A stretch of DNA of 64,000 nucleotides, taken from the NCBI RefSeq assembly GCF_902652985.1, contig NC_047026.1:3782001-3846000 (forward strand). The letters run 5' to 3'. Every line of letters begins with the position of its first letter. Within the stretch, counting starts at the first letter, position 1. The notes under the pieces were generated by a model. That model had not been told where the DNA came from and did not search any database. It saw only the letters and a list, made by a program, of their open reading frames with translations. This document shows positions 47,546 to 60,959 of the stretch, one piece after another. The DNA is from Pecten maximus (Eukaryota). The position numbers and the translations under genes were made by a program.

Positions 47546-48427
47546 AAAACCATTCGCCCGGCTCTATTGAAGACGCTTTTCGGCAGACAGACAGCCAACA
47601 GTCCGGACGGTCTAAACAAAATATACGGGAAGAAGACACACCTCAGACGACAGAGACAGTCATCCGTCCGGACAGACTGAGACACTTCCCGGTAAACAGG
47701 CACAACCAATTGCAACTGCCCACACGGACTTAACCAACCGTCCGTCCGGACGCAACCAACCGTCAGGGTATACTGACACTTCGTGATAGGCAGACAACCA
47801 ACCTACACAATACCGAGACACAGGGGCCTGAGAATTTGTTACAATCCAGATGTGTTTATTTATTCTATCCCCAAATGCATAGAAAATTAAAATTGTCCCT
47901 CAGTTTAGGGGCTAAATCCCCCCGACCCGAAAAGTGAAGTGTGAAGACACCCGCCTTTTAGCACACTTTAACGACTGCCATCCCAATGTGAATTTAAAGT
48001 GCATTACGCTATATTTCTCGGAATTATAACGTTAACCCAATAAAAATACTCAGTTCGGCATCCGTAAAGATATTTGTACTTAAAAGTTTATTTCAAAGCT
48101 TTCTGTGATTACAACATACCGGTAATTTATTCATTTGGAACATCTTAATAGGAATTTCCAACGGCAAGCAGACACCATTACCTTCTTTGGCGTAAGAATC
48201 ACCAGTTCAACACCTTATTTTGTATTTATTTCCTATGAAGTTACTTTGCGATTGCTAATACATTTATAAGTATTCAGCATTCAAAGCGGACGTGAATTTG
48301 CACACTGAAGTACAAAAAAAATCCTTCTATATATAAAGATTAAGCTTTTCTCATAGAAACCTTCGACATGCTAAGTCCTGAGGATTTCTCAGACCTTCTG
48401 TTATAAAAAGTGTATGTGTAACTTCAC

Positions 48428-50295
48428 AACGTGTAATTAGGTATATATAGACAATCCCGACCTTTACGACGTGTAATTAGGTATATATAGACTTTCCCGA
48501 CCTTTACGACGTGTAATTAGGTATATATAGACTTTCCCGACCTTTACGACGTGTAATTAGGTATATATAGACTATCCCGACCTTTACGACGTGTAATTAG
48601 GTATATATAGACTTTCCCGACCATTACGACGTGTAATTAGGTATATATAGACTATCCCGACCTTTACGACGTGTAATTAGGTATATAGACTATCCCGACC
48701 TTTACGACGTGTAATTGGGTATATATAGACTATCCCGACCTTTACGACGTGTAATTAGGTATATATATAGACTATCCCGACCTTTACGACGTGTAATTAG
48801 GTATATATAGACTATCCCGACCTTTACGGCGTGTAATTAGGTATATAGACTATCCCGACCTTTACGACGTGTAATTGGGTATATATAGACTATCCCGACC
48901 TTTACGACGTGTAATTAGGTATATATAGACTATCCCGACCTTTACGACGTGTAATTAGGTATATATAGACTATCCCGACCTTTACGACGTGTAATTAGGT
49001 ATATATAGACAATCCCGACCTTTACGACGTGTAATTAGGTATATAGACTATCCCGAGCTTGACGACGTGTAATTAGGTATATATAGACTATCCCGACCTT
49101 TACGACGTGTAATTAGGTATATAGACTATCCCGACCTTTACGACGTGTAATTGGGTATATATAGACTATCCCGACCTTTACGACGTGTAATTAGGTATAT
49201 ATAGACTATCCCGACCTTTACGACGTGTAATTAGGTATATATAGACTATCCCGACCTTCACGACGTGTAATTAGTTATATATAGACTATCCCGACCTTCA
49301 CGACGTGTAATTAGTTATATATAGACTTTCCCGACCTTCACGACGTGTAATTAGTTATATATAGACTATCCCGACCTTCACGACGTGTAATTAGGTATAT
49401 ATAGACTATCCCGACCTTTACGACGTGCAATTAGGTATATATAGACTATCCCGACCTTTACGACGTGTAATTAGGTATATATAGACTATCCCGACCTTTA
49501 CGACGTGTAATTAGGTATATATAGACTATCCCGACCTTTACGACGTGTAATTAGGTATATATAGACTATCCCGACCTTTACGACGTGTAATTAGGTATTT
49601 ATAGACTATCCCGACCTTTACGACGTGTAATTAGGTACATATAGACTATCCCGACCTTCACGACGTGTAATTAGGTATATATAGACTATCCCGACCTTCA
49701 CGACGTGTATTTAGGTATATAGACGATCCCGACCTTTACGACGTGTAATTAGGTATATATAGACTATCCCGACCTTCACGACGTGTAATTAGGTATATAT
49801 AGACTATCCCGACCTTTACGACGTGTAATTAGGTATATATAGACTATCCCGACCTTCACGACGTGTAATTAGGTATATATAGACTATCCCGACCTTTACG
49901 ACGTGTAATTAGGTATATATAGACTATTCCGACCTTTACGACGTGTAATTAGGTATATATAGACTATCCCGACCTTCACGACGTGTAATTAGGTATATGT
50001 ATAGACTATCCCGACCTTTACGACGTGTAATTAGGTATATATAGACTATCCCTACCTTAACGACGTGTAATTAGGTATAGACTATCCCGACCTTTACGAC
50101 GTGTAATTAGGTATATATAGACTATCCCGACCTTTACGACGTGTAATTAGGTATATATAGACTATCCCGACCTTTACGACGTGTAATTTGGTATATATAG
50201 ACTATCCCGACCTTCACGACGTGTAATTAGGTATATATAGACTATCCAGACCTGTACGACAGGTAATTAGGTACGTGTATATAGACTAGCCCGAT
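48428..50295. repeat. 40-bp minisatellite (ACGACGTGTAATTAGGTATATATAGACTATCCCGACCTTT)n x~46
   Basis: Highly homogeneous; length variants arise only from the (TA)n core. Confidence 0.98.
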
Positions 50296-53200
50296 TTTTT
50301 CGCCGTATATTTAGGCATAGAAAGCACCCATTCAGTTAATTTCCCTTTTCCATCATAATCTGAATAATGTAGTTTACATGATACATCATCGACAATTGTA
50401 TGTGTATGTGCAAACGGATGAGACGAACTAGTCGCCTCCCTAATTCCGGCATACACTGACCATAACTCATTACTGTAGACTAAGGTTCGCGTGCACTAGG
50501 TCGCGTGACACTTACTCACTTATCTACATAATTTGTAAACAATAGAATCTTCAAATTATAGTTTTCTCTGTACCTCTCATCTTTAAAACATTTTAAACGA
50601 AATTTCATATTCTGATAATAATCATCGTTAAAATATTCGTACAATGACTTCAAAGGAATTAAGCATATTTCATAAATTACAGAATAATCACTTTATTATA
50701 CAAACGTTACTTATATTATATATTATATATTATATATAATTACATAATGACGTCATATGTGAATATTTGCATAATTTTAGGATTTATGTCGAATAACAGT
50801 CATAAATCGCTCGAACCGGGAATTTCTCATTTTATGTCTTTGTCTATCAACACTGGGTGGTGTATTCAGAGTTTAATTAAAGTATGATATCCGTTTTAGC
50901 ATTTAGAATTCAAACATTAACATTTCAAACAACCGAACATACGGATCACAGACTTAAATTGTATAATGTACTTGACTTCAGTTTGGACACGGATTTTAAA
51001 GACTCCGGTTGACCCAGACATAAACCGGCAAGGTGTAATTTATCTCAATAAAACTCATGGCCATGAACCGCCGATAAACAGCATGTTTACCAGTTAAATG
51101 TATATGTTATTTTCAATGGAAATCCATTGAAGTCCTCTATATGTTTAATAAATAAATATATATATGAATTTTCATAACTAAATATGACGATATTCTATAT
51201 ACACTACGTATACCCCATCCCACCCCACCCCATAATACAGCATGAATTACACTATTTTAAAACACTAGGTCGTTAAATATATATTTGGAAATGAAAATCT
51301 GTCTAGACAGAAATAAAGAAGTTTTCAGACACGTGCATATCATCATCAAATCCAGCAACAGGTTTTAACTAAAATGTATATTATGATTTGTATGCCTTGT
51401 TAAATTTTATTATGTAAATATCAATATATGAACTGTATCAGAGGAAAAAGTGTTGATAAGTTGGAAAAACTTGTACCTAATCCTCAGCTCAATTTTGGGG
51501 CAAAAAATATGTCTAGTGCATAGTATCAAACATTTTCTGGAATGTGGAAAAAATGCTTCGTATTCCCGTAAACGACACAGCATCACTTCTATGTTAAGTA
51601 ATTATCAGAGCTTTTAAAGCTGACAAAGTTGATCACAGGGATCAGATTTTTTTTACAGGCTATGTCAGGTAAGCTTCCGTGCATGTCTTCAAACAGCTTT
51701 GTTAGCTTCATGTGTAGTTTTATACTATTATATCGCACGAAATCATGTCGCTCTAGAGAAATTAAGATGTTATATAGATTTAGCACGGACCAGGATGTCC
51801 CTGTATGGACGAATGGGTTATGATTATCATAATTAATTTTGCCATATTTTCTTCAAGACTCTAAAGTTTGTTGAAAAAATAATTAAGCTTTGATTACAAT
51901 GATATTTTACTTATCATTTTACCTGAGATACATACTGGAAGTCAAAAGTCTGCCGTGTATAGCTTTATAACACCATACCGGATTCACATATAAACTGTCT
52001 TTCACACTGGAAGTCAAAAGTCTGCTGTGTTTTGCTAAATAACAATTTGCCAGTTCACGTAAACTATGGTTAGGTCTGAACTTTTATCACAACGATTTAG
52101 GAAATTCAAATTAGCCTTGTACGTATGGGACAACTGTCTACACTACATATTAGAAATAGGGCCCTGTGTTCCGAGTTTTTGTATACATTACAATGTATAT
52201 ATGTGTTAAACTTACATAATGTCATATCAAAGATCTGTAACATATTTAACGCTGCTCGAGTATATCTATTCATCTAGCAGTAAGATTTTGTTTGCTATAT
52301 AAAACTTTCTGACGCTACAGGTGCATGATAGATGTAGCATTTCACTTTCGAGTAAGGCACGGTTAAAATTTTAACGTCTTTGTAATAATTTAATTGTCAT
52401 GTGTAAGTATCCACGAACGAGTTTACATTACAATCATGCTCTTAAGAGGACAAGGTTTGCTTAGCTCTTGAATTCGACAGCACATATTACCGTTTATAAA
52501 AGCCGTATGCTAACAACAATGTGTTGTATATACTCACGGAAAGTCAGGCTAAGTAAACAGGTCAAATATACACGGGCTTCTGTCCTCGGCATAATGAAGT
52601 ATTCCAATCAGCGAGTATGTGACATGGAGTCCGAGAACACAGCGTGGACGATGGGAATGTAAATATAAGTCCAGCACACTACAGTACGTAACTCCGTAAG
52701 TGGTTATGACACTGGGCAGTGAGAGAGCGATAATTCGGAGATTTCACTGATAACAGTCCCGATTACAATAGGTATTATCAAACTGCGGGGACGTTATATA
52801 GGTAAATATCACTGGACCATGTCACACCGGCTCATGCAGTTCACGAGGCGTGCCTGCATACCTTTGCTGTGGCGCTACGGGCGAATAATATAGCCCGATT
52901 TTTTGTTGCTAGTATATATATCTGTATATGGACTTACTAGCACGTTGTACGTGTGTGCACATATCACACACAGACACACCGGTCACAGCAGGGTCATAAC
53001 ACCCATCAACAGACGGACGTCATCTTACAAGTACTGACTCAAAGTCAAGTCTGTAATCTTACAAAAAAATAATTAATTGATGTCTAAATTTATTTAGATT
53101 TATTCAACAGATAACATTTTTAGAATGTATAAAAGAAAAAACAAAACTTCCTTCTAATCACATGATATTGTATGCATGGCATTGCATATCGTATATGTAT

Positions 53201-53533
53201 ATTCAATGTTCATTGCCTTACTGATCATGAAGTACTTCAGCGCTCCGAAGCGGGACGGTATATCGCTGATGTGATGATGTTTTATGTATGTGCACTTCGA
53301 GTGTAATTACAAACTATAATGCCATTTTCAACAATAAAATTATCCAACGGAACGTTAGTATTTGTGGACGAAACAAGCTTAGGTTTTATGATTAAACTTT
53401 TGCCACAATTCAATTCTGCGCACACCCCACCCCTCATCTTCCATAAAGGAAAAAAAACACAATAAAAAACAAAAAGTAAACAAAAATAAAACAAAAAACA
53501 TCTGAAAATGTCTTGAAGGTTCCTGTATCTAAT

Positions 53534-54035
53534 GCCCGCTTGCACGATTTCGTAAGAGGCGACTAAATTTTGACATATTATCTTTAGCCTCAAGTTTCAT
53601 ATTCCTAATGTCCCTCGTCGACACTGCCTAAACTAGTGATGAAGACTTTGGATCTTGTTCCCTGGCCGAGACATTCAGTTTGTTTTATTCCTCATTTAGA
53701 ATAGAGAAACGTAATTTGCGTGGTAGCGCAGTGCAAGAAAATATCGTATGCAATATGTTATCGCCGAAATGGCAGCCCCGGCTGTATGCCCCCCCCCCCC
53801 CCCCTCCCCTCCCCTCCCCCTCCCCCTGGATCCGCGTCTGCTAATCATATACATGAGTATCTAAAATGACGACTGATTTCGTGCTCACACAGGAAGACAA
53901 ACCTGCGAGTCTCCCAGAACACACACATATACATTCATACATTCAAAACACTCACGCATCTCACACACAGTGGAGGTCACCCTTAAAAAACCGTAGATGT
54001 TGATAGGACATTAAACAAAACAAAAACAAACAAAG
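53534..54035 (+). mobile_element. Degenerate SINE of the second family (head ~53540-53675; tail ~53885-54035)
   Basis: TCGTAAGAGGCGACTAAATTT shared with the copy at 55000; tail GATAGGACATTAAACAAAACAAA similar to the first SINE family's tail. Confidence 0.55.
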
Positions 54036-54429
54036 CGTACCTTCTGAATACATCTTTATGAATAGTTACAAATGGAGACATTTCACAGAAAAAAGTGTTC
54101 CGAGAATTTAAACGTTTACGGCTCACCGTGTTCCTTGCGTGCACGCTTATCATGTGCATCTAGGTCAAATGTTTCCCTACCTTTACGCAAAATTTTTCTC
54201 GAACACAAAACAATTTATTTAATATGGCCCCGTAAAAACTCACTCTGACATCAACACCCGTATTGGCTTTCTCGTATTTCGGTCTGCCGCGCTCCACTTT
54301 GATCTAATTGCCGCTGAATTTGTAACTCTGCATACCATCTTTTGATGTTATCTCGTGTTGTTAACAACCAGACTTGAAACTGTAGACACTCGCTTCAGAT
54401 CTATAGAAATTTTCAAAATCTTCTGATAA

Positions 54430-54700
54430 GTCTATGTGATTTTGCCATATCAATTTATAATGAGACATATTGATATCTGAAATGTGAATCTGGAGATTTC
54501 GTCGGTGATAAGTTAATTGTAGGTTGATTTGATAGTGCCAGTTTCCATATCATAAAGTTTCCATTTCTAGAGAGTAGCATTCCTGCTCCCACAATCCATA
54601 ATGTCAATATGACCCAATCGATTGAACATTCAAGGACTTATTCCAAATTTCAAGATTACCTTGTTAGATGTCAACTTCGGACAGAACAGATAAAACTTCC
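54430..54700 (+). mobile_element. Penelope-like RT C-terminal remnant
   Basis: FHIIKFPFLESSIPAPTIHNVNMTQSIEHSR (~54542-54636) matches the FxIxNFPxLxSNIP..P.YGVYISQLIRY.R motif of Penelope-like elements. Confidence 0.55.
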
Positions 54701-54999
54701 GACACAAGTAGAAGACTGACGAAGAGAACGGAAAGGGTTCTTGGTTGTCATCATTTCATTGGAAATAATCTATTTCCTTGTGCAATATAAAAGTTAACGT
54801 GTTTGAAGCAGACTCGTTATCATTACCCCGGTTCTTATTTTGAGGGCATGGCATTACCTGAACTTGACGGATATCTACACGGCGATGATAAAGGTACTTA
54901 CCATCCCAAAACACTCTTTTAGGATCTCCATTTAGACATGTCTTGTTCATATAAAAACTCGCGTTTTATCTACTTAGAATTTTACCTGCTGTGTCCATT

Positions 55000-55310
55000 C
55001 GCATGATCGTAAGAGGCGACTAAATTTGGGATCTTATGTGTTCTATTCTTTCTTGAAAACATCTATCTCCTAATGTCTGCCTTGACGCTGTCTCACTTTT
55101 GACCTTTAGTTGAGCGTTCGCCCATATGAGGAGGGCTTTCGGTTCTGTCCCCAGGAGTGGGACGACTGTTTCGCCCGTTGTCAGTATAATGTGACCAGGT
55201 GGACTGTCCTGCTGGGTGTCTTCGGCAGTACGCTTCAGTGAGGTAGCACTGTAAAGTTGGTATACGTTCAGCGCTATCACAAGGAGACAAACACGGACAT
55301 ACCGCAGCGA
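55000..55310 (+). mobile_element. SINE with Meta/MESC-like core
   Basis: GTCAGTATAATGTGACC...CTTCAGTGAGGTAGCACTGTAAA core; TAGTTGAGCGTTCGCC tRNA-like segment; 5' segment shared with ~53548. Confidence 0.6.
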
Positions 55311-55449
55311 CCATGACGCTTTTTTCTAAACTTCATTCGTGAAATTATCTTAATAAAAAGACTACAATGAATATAATTTTTTATACAAATCATAATAATA
55401 GAAAAAAAACGATGTATATCATATCATATTATATCATATCATATCATAT

Positions 55450-56010
55450 TACCGAAACCTTTGGCTGAATTTTATATAATTTTGCACACTTCTACAATGT
55501 TTGTGTTAACATCTACCGGCAGATTTTCATTTCCTTGGAGCAATAAGTTTGAATCAATGACAACCTCCAGATATAAATTATGTAAATGTGAGAAAAGGGT
55601 GCGTCTTTGTGTAAGATAAGGAGGACAGATGAAAAAGAAATGATAGGCATTCTCACAGGGATTTCCACAAAAACACTCAGTTTCAGTTTAATGAACTACA
55701 TTTGTACCTCAACTTTGTACGCAAAATATTTAATTTTCTTTCCCCAAAACTGTAGAAGGAAGATGCTTTTTGGTGATTAACTAGATGTGAAATAGCGGAT
55801 TTAAAAATAGATAGAGAAGGAGACGAGCTTGTTTCCAAGTTTCCAAGAAAGTAAAGCTGGAGGTAAAAAGGAAGATCGAGAACTGTTTAGTCTATAATTT
55901 CGAACTGTAAAATCATTTCTGTTTCTGAATGTAGCAATGCAACTCCCTTGGTGTGGAAGATGAGGTTCATTTCTTACTAATTTGTAACAATGTTCAGATT
56001 ATTAGAGTTA
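55450..56010. mobile_element. Two LINE 3'-end knuckle remnants in opposite orientation
   Basis: Minus strand CFCGNPCENAYHFFFICPPYLTQRR (~55600-55677); plus strand VEDEVHFLLIC...IR (~55953-56005). Confidence 0.5.
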
Positions 56011-56194
56011 GATATATTATTGATATAAATGAGATTAATTGCACTGTACTGATTACGAGAATAAACAATTGTCATTGCTCAATATTCCAAACTCGAAAAG
56101 TCATAAATGAAGAAGAAAAAGAAAAGAAAAAAACATTGCCGTAATAATTAATCTAATTGTAAGTTAAACAATGGGAGAAGGGAGATAATTACGC

Positions 56195-57981
56195 TGTTGT
56201 GTTTGGGGTTTACTTGGCTGTGTGTACAATATAGCTATTAGTACCAATGTAGTTTTAAGGATGGAGTAATTAAATTGGATATTAATATAAAGTTTTATAA
56301 GTAGCATTTATTTAGTTAACATTTTATCAAGCTCAAGATTCAACAATACAAATTAAAATACATACATAAATGTCAGTCATCAATTTATAGTTTGTTCTGG
56401 CAATACTCAACTAACTGTTTACTATTACAGTATCATCATGTTGCGTCATAAGGCCATGTGATTTAAAGTTATAGAGAAATTGACCATAATAAAACTTGCA
56501 ATAATTACACAAAATATACATTAACCCGCTAGCGTTATATCTATCCCTATCAGCCTTACCGTAGCTATACATGTATATGCGCTGAAAAATATCTCGGCAT
56601 GGCCTTGTGGTTCATAAATAATCACAATATCAGAACATATATCAATTACCACCAAATACTACCAGCATGAAATCACCAAAGTTCCAAAAACATTACAATG
56701 TACAATATAATACTACCCGGAATCCATGTAACAACATAATACAGTTGATATACTTATTGATTATATGCTCATCCTTTAAAAATGTTAACCAAATATGACA
56801 TGTCATTCACAGTAAAATCAGCAGAGATTTCGCTCTTAATAATTATAGTATATTTCCGATATAATTTATCTGAGAAAAACAATCATTAACATTTGGAAAA
56901 CAATGATGTTGTGCAATATAATTGTAGGGACATGAATAGTGGGGAAATTAAAGGTTAAAACACTGACAAATCAAGAGCTAGATAAAAGGTAAAATATACT
57001 ATTATGGAATACTGATGTATCAAAAAACAAATTTATAAGGTATATAATATCTAGTGTTTCAATTTCAATGTTAATGATAATAAACCACTTATTTTAAAGA
57101 CAATCAATATGTATCAGTTAACTAAGATATCACAACATTAAATGTTTAATGCACTAAAAAAATTTTTCAAATAAATCTTGACTGTGTGTCCATAGGCATT
57201 GTTCAATACACTGAAACCTGATCTGAAGTGATCATAGCTAAATACTGTTTTCAAAGTCAACATGTTGAACTGGATTTTGATGTTATTATTAATTCAGCAA
57301 TCAGGAAAGTTACTATAAAACTCTAAAACTTCCTTGACAGTAGGCCTAGGACTCGACATCATCTTCAAAGGAAAGGATCACAGAGGGTACGAGAATGGCG
57401 GTCACATGCACACTCCTAGTATGTCACTGGAAAGTTACTTGACGAAACACATATAAACAACGTCGGTTCACAACATCAGAGATGTTGATCTTCATATATA
57501 GATACATATTAATGGATGTTGATAAATAAATGAAACTAAATGATACGTTTCATGTGTTCATCGTCACTGTTAGTGTAGATTGCCCGTCCAGATCATGGCG
57601 GAACTTCAGGTAGCCTGTGCAGTTGTACTAGTACCATCACTTCTCCATTCGACGGATTTGTCCAATTAATATGTTGACGTTCTTACAGACACATGACGAT
57701 GATTTCTTACAAAACTATATATGGGTGTGTCCTGGGATTTTGTGGATTTCACGAAGACAAAAAAATCAAAAGTTCAAACAATTACATGACGATTGACGAC
57801 ACTTTCAAGTTTCAACAGACGAACCACGTGCTCCATCACCGACACATATTATTTACATTATCTACAATACGAACTCGTCAGCAACAGCTGACGGTTTCTG
57901 ATGTCAGTCACATCGTCCTCCGGGATTTGGATTCTCCACCATGTTGTGTTTGGGGTTTACTTGGCTGTGTGTACAATATAG
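56195..57981 (-). mobile_element. Possible degenerate non-autonomous LTR element
   Basis: Perfect 40-bp direct repeat at 56195-56234 and 57942-57981 ending ...CACAACA on the minus strand. The right copy is immediately followed by TGGTGGAGAAT (tRNA-Ala-type PBS, 57931-57941). Confidence 0.45.
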
Positions 57982-58008
57982 AAAATCTCGAACACGTGGT
58001 GCCTCCAA

Positions 58009-59178
58009 TATGGGGCGCCGTTTTACTATTTATTAACAAAACTGGATATCTATAATTCGAATTTAGGATATCCATAATTCATTTCTGGATATCCATAATT
58101 CGAATTTAGGATATCTTAAAATGTTTTGAATTTAGGATATCCATAATTCGAATTTTTGATATCCTTAATTCATTTTTGGATATCCATAATTCGAATTTAG
58201 GATATCCATAATTCATTTTTGGATATCCAAAATTCGAATTATGGATATCATAAATTCCATGTATTTTTGGATATCCATAATTCGATTTTGTGATATCCAA
58301 AAATGCTCAGTGTTATCAAATTGGATTGCTCCCGGCACTACTACCGGTCAAAACCGACCCTTGTTACTCCTTTCCTTGTTACGTACTTGTTAATACGCGT
58401 AATGGACCGGAAACAACGTTTACGAAATAGAATACAGCAGAGGAGTTCCAAAGGACAAACTTCCCCAGACAGTTAGGCCCTTACATACAACATTTTCCAA
58501 AAGTTACTACTTAGGGTGCTCCGACAAGTCAACGGAGGAATTTGTACAAAACAGAACATGGCGACAGACATACTGCGGCACATTAGGGGGAAGATTTTGG
58601 CAGCGCAACGTTGTTTATCATGTGACTTAAAGCACTTGACACAATTCGCTCCATCTTGGATTCGCATTGATTCGTATAGTGAAGTCCGAGGACTTCCGAT
58701 CCTACAAAAAACGCGCCCGCGGGAACAGGATGTAGCAGGGAGAAATCATTAGACAGTAAAATATTAACATTTCCCCGGTTTATGGATATCCAAAATTCGA
58801 ATTATGGATATCCTAAATTCAAAGCATTTTAAGATATCCAAAATTCGATTTAATGATATCAAGAAATGATATTTGGATATCCAAAATTCGAATTTTGGAT
58901 ATCCATAAATGAATTTTGGATATCCATAATTCGAATTTATGATATCTTAAAATGCTTTGAATTTAGGATATCCATAATTCGAATTTTGGATATCCATAAT
59001 TCATTTTTGGATATCCATAATTCGAATTTTGGATATCCAAAATTAATTTTGGATATCCAAAATTATTTAATAATATCATAAATTCGAATTATGGATATCC
59101 AAAAATGAATTATGGATATCCAAAATTCGAATTATGGATATCCAGTTTTGTTAATAAATAGTAAAACGGCGCCCCATA
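58009..59178. mobile_element. 1170-bp non-autonomous DNA transposon, IS3EU-like (TAT..ATA termini, 6-bp TSD)
   Basis: TIR TATGGGGCGCCGTTTTACTATTTATTAACAAAACTGGATATC; TSD CTCCAA at 58003-58008 and 59179-59184; subterminal GGATATCCATAATTCGAATTT arrays. Confidence 0.88.
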
Positions 59179-59534
59179 CTCCAACTTATATTTTATTCTT
59201 CTTCTACTAAACATCAAAACAACTTCCGGTGATATACGGACACAAATTACGGAACAATAAACATACTAACATAAAAAGATGATATTGATTAATTCCGGAT
59301 ACACACTTGATGGTTGATAATATATATATATACCATATATATAACAATGCATATGTAGTGGAAGAGCAATGTGCAAGACGCCATTGTTGTTGTCCCCCAC
59401 CTACAATTGTTATGTACTGTTAAAGGGACATTTGTTCGTTCGGACATCAGAAACATGCAAAATTCCTTTTGATGAAATCTATGTCCGACCGATAACTATT
59501 TGAGTGTCTGTGTAATGAAACAATACTCCCAGAG

Positions 59535-59754
59535 TTTGGTTTGGTTTGTTTTTGTTTAACGTCCTATTAACAGCCAGGGTCATTTAAGAACGTGCCAGGT
59601 TTTGGAGGTGGAGGAAAGCCGGAGTACCCAGAGAAAAACCACCGGCCTACGGTACCTGGCAACTGCCCCACGTAGGTTTCGATCTCGCAACCCAGAGGTG
59701 GAGGGCTAGTGTTAAAGTGTCGGTACACCTTAACCACTCGGCCACCGCGGCCCC
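59535..59754 (-). mobile_element. Full-length tRNA-derived V-SINE-like element
   Basis: A-box TGGCCGAGTGG; B-box-like GAGATCGAAACC; GGGTACTCCGGCTTTCCTCC core; (AAACC)n tail; TSD TCCCAGAG at 59527-59534 and 59755-59762. Confidence 0.92.
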
Positions 59755-60337
59755 TCCCAGAGATGTGAAAAATCGTACATTTTGTAATGAGAGTTTAGAC
59801 GTTCGTATTTGTTCCGATTTGATGTTTTGTGTTTTCGCTGAGACATAAGCAGAGATAAGATGACGACACGTGACATTGATAAGCTGATCCCCTCCTTAGT
59901 TCAAATGATGTACCTTGGTTAAGCCTTTTTATCGTTTTTTTTAAAGGGACATCACGGTAAAAACGTTGTAATTTTCAATGAATGTACGTGTTTTGTTCCT
60001 TTCCAGTTATGTTTCTGTACTGTCCCAATGTTCACAGTCGATCCTCATGTCCAGCTTGACCACTTGATTTAGTTGGGAATCCCCCTCTAAATTTAGCGCG
60101 GAAATTATTTTTAAATCATCACGTAACTGTTTTGAAATCGAGGCAACACAAACACACGATAGTTTACAAGGCGAATTGGATTAGTTGGACAACGATATTA
60201 TACAGTGGTTTAAATGTTAAATAACACGTTCTGTATATATTCCGGCACATATATGTATGTGTAAATAAGTGTAAACACCGTACATATAGTATAGTGACAG
60301 TAGCGATGTACTGGTACAGACTGTAATTACCGAGATT

Positions 60338-60662
60338 ATTACATATCCTGAGTAACATCATTGTCGCTCTCGATTTCAGTGTTGTTAAGTATTGGGCAAA
60401 ATTACTCAATGTGAAATGAGAGCAACACATGTTTTTTTTTATTTTTTTTTTTATTGTTTTTTTTTTTTCGTACGATATAAATAAAATCACTACGTGTTCA
60501 TAATCCATTGATCCAAAAATACTTCCATCTTCTCCCTTCCTCCCAAATCGGGAATGGCTGTTCGCGACCGCTGACGTCACTTAGGATCATTACATATCCT
60601 GAGTAACATCATTGTCGCTCTCGATTTCAGTGTTGTTAAGTATTGGGCAAAATTACTCAATG
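60338..60662. repeat. Split direct repeats (B1/B2) of the recombinase element
   Basis: Identical 74-bp copies at 60338-60411 and 60589-60662. Confidence 0.9.
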
Positions 60663-60959
60663 CAAATGTCTTTCAATCTATGTTAACACAACGACAGAAT
60701 GTTGCAACCATTAGCACACCCGATAGTGTAACTCCCAATACTCACTTAAAACAGAACAAAGAAAAATTGCCTGCTTACACAATCACATTTTATCACTATT
60801 ACCACATATTAAAGAGAAAATTTAGTAGATCATCAAGAACTAATGTTCATTACAACCAACCGATACTTAGTAATCATATTGTAGGCGTAAATAAAACTAT
60901 GAGATATTCAATGATCATTCTACTCATTGCTACTGTCCTCGCTCGCAACACACTCTCCT

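Noticed and set aside
48428-50295. Shared CGGGAT..AGTCTAT words with the 1-1160 satellite
   Set aside because: Too short to support common origin.
59420-59951. TTAA-AGGGAC Kolobok-like ends (also ~27129)
   Set aside because: No matching opposite terminus could be identified.
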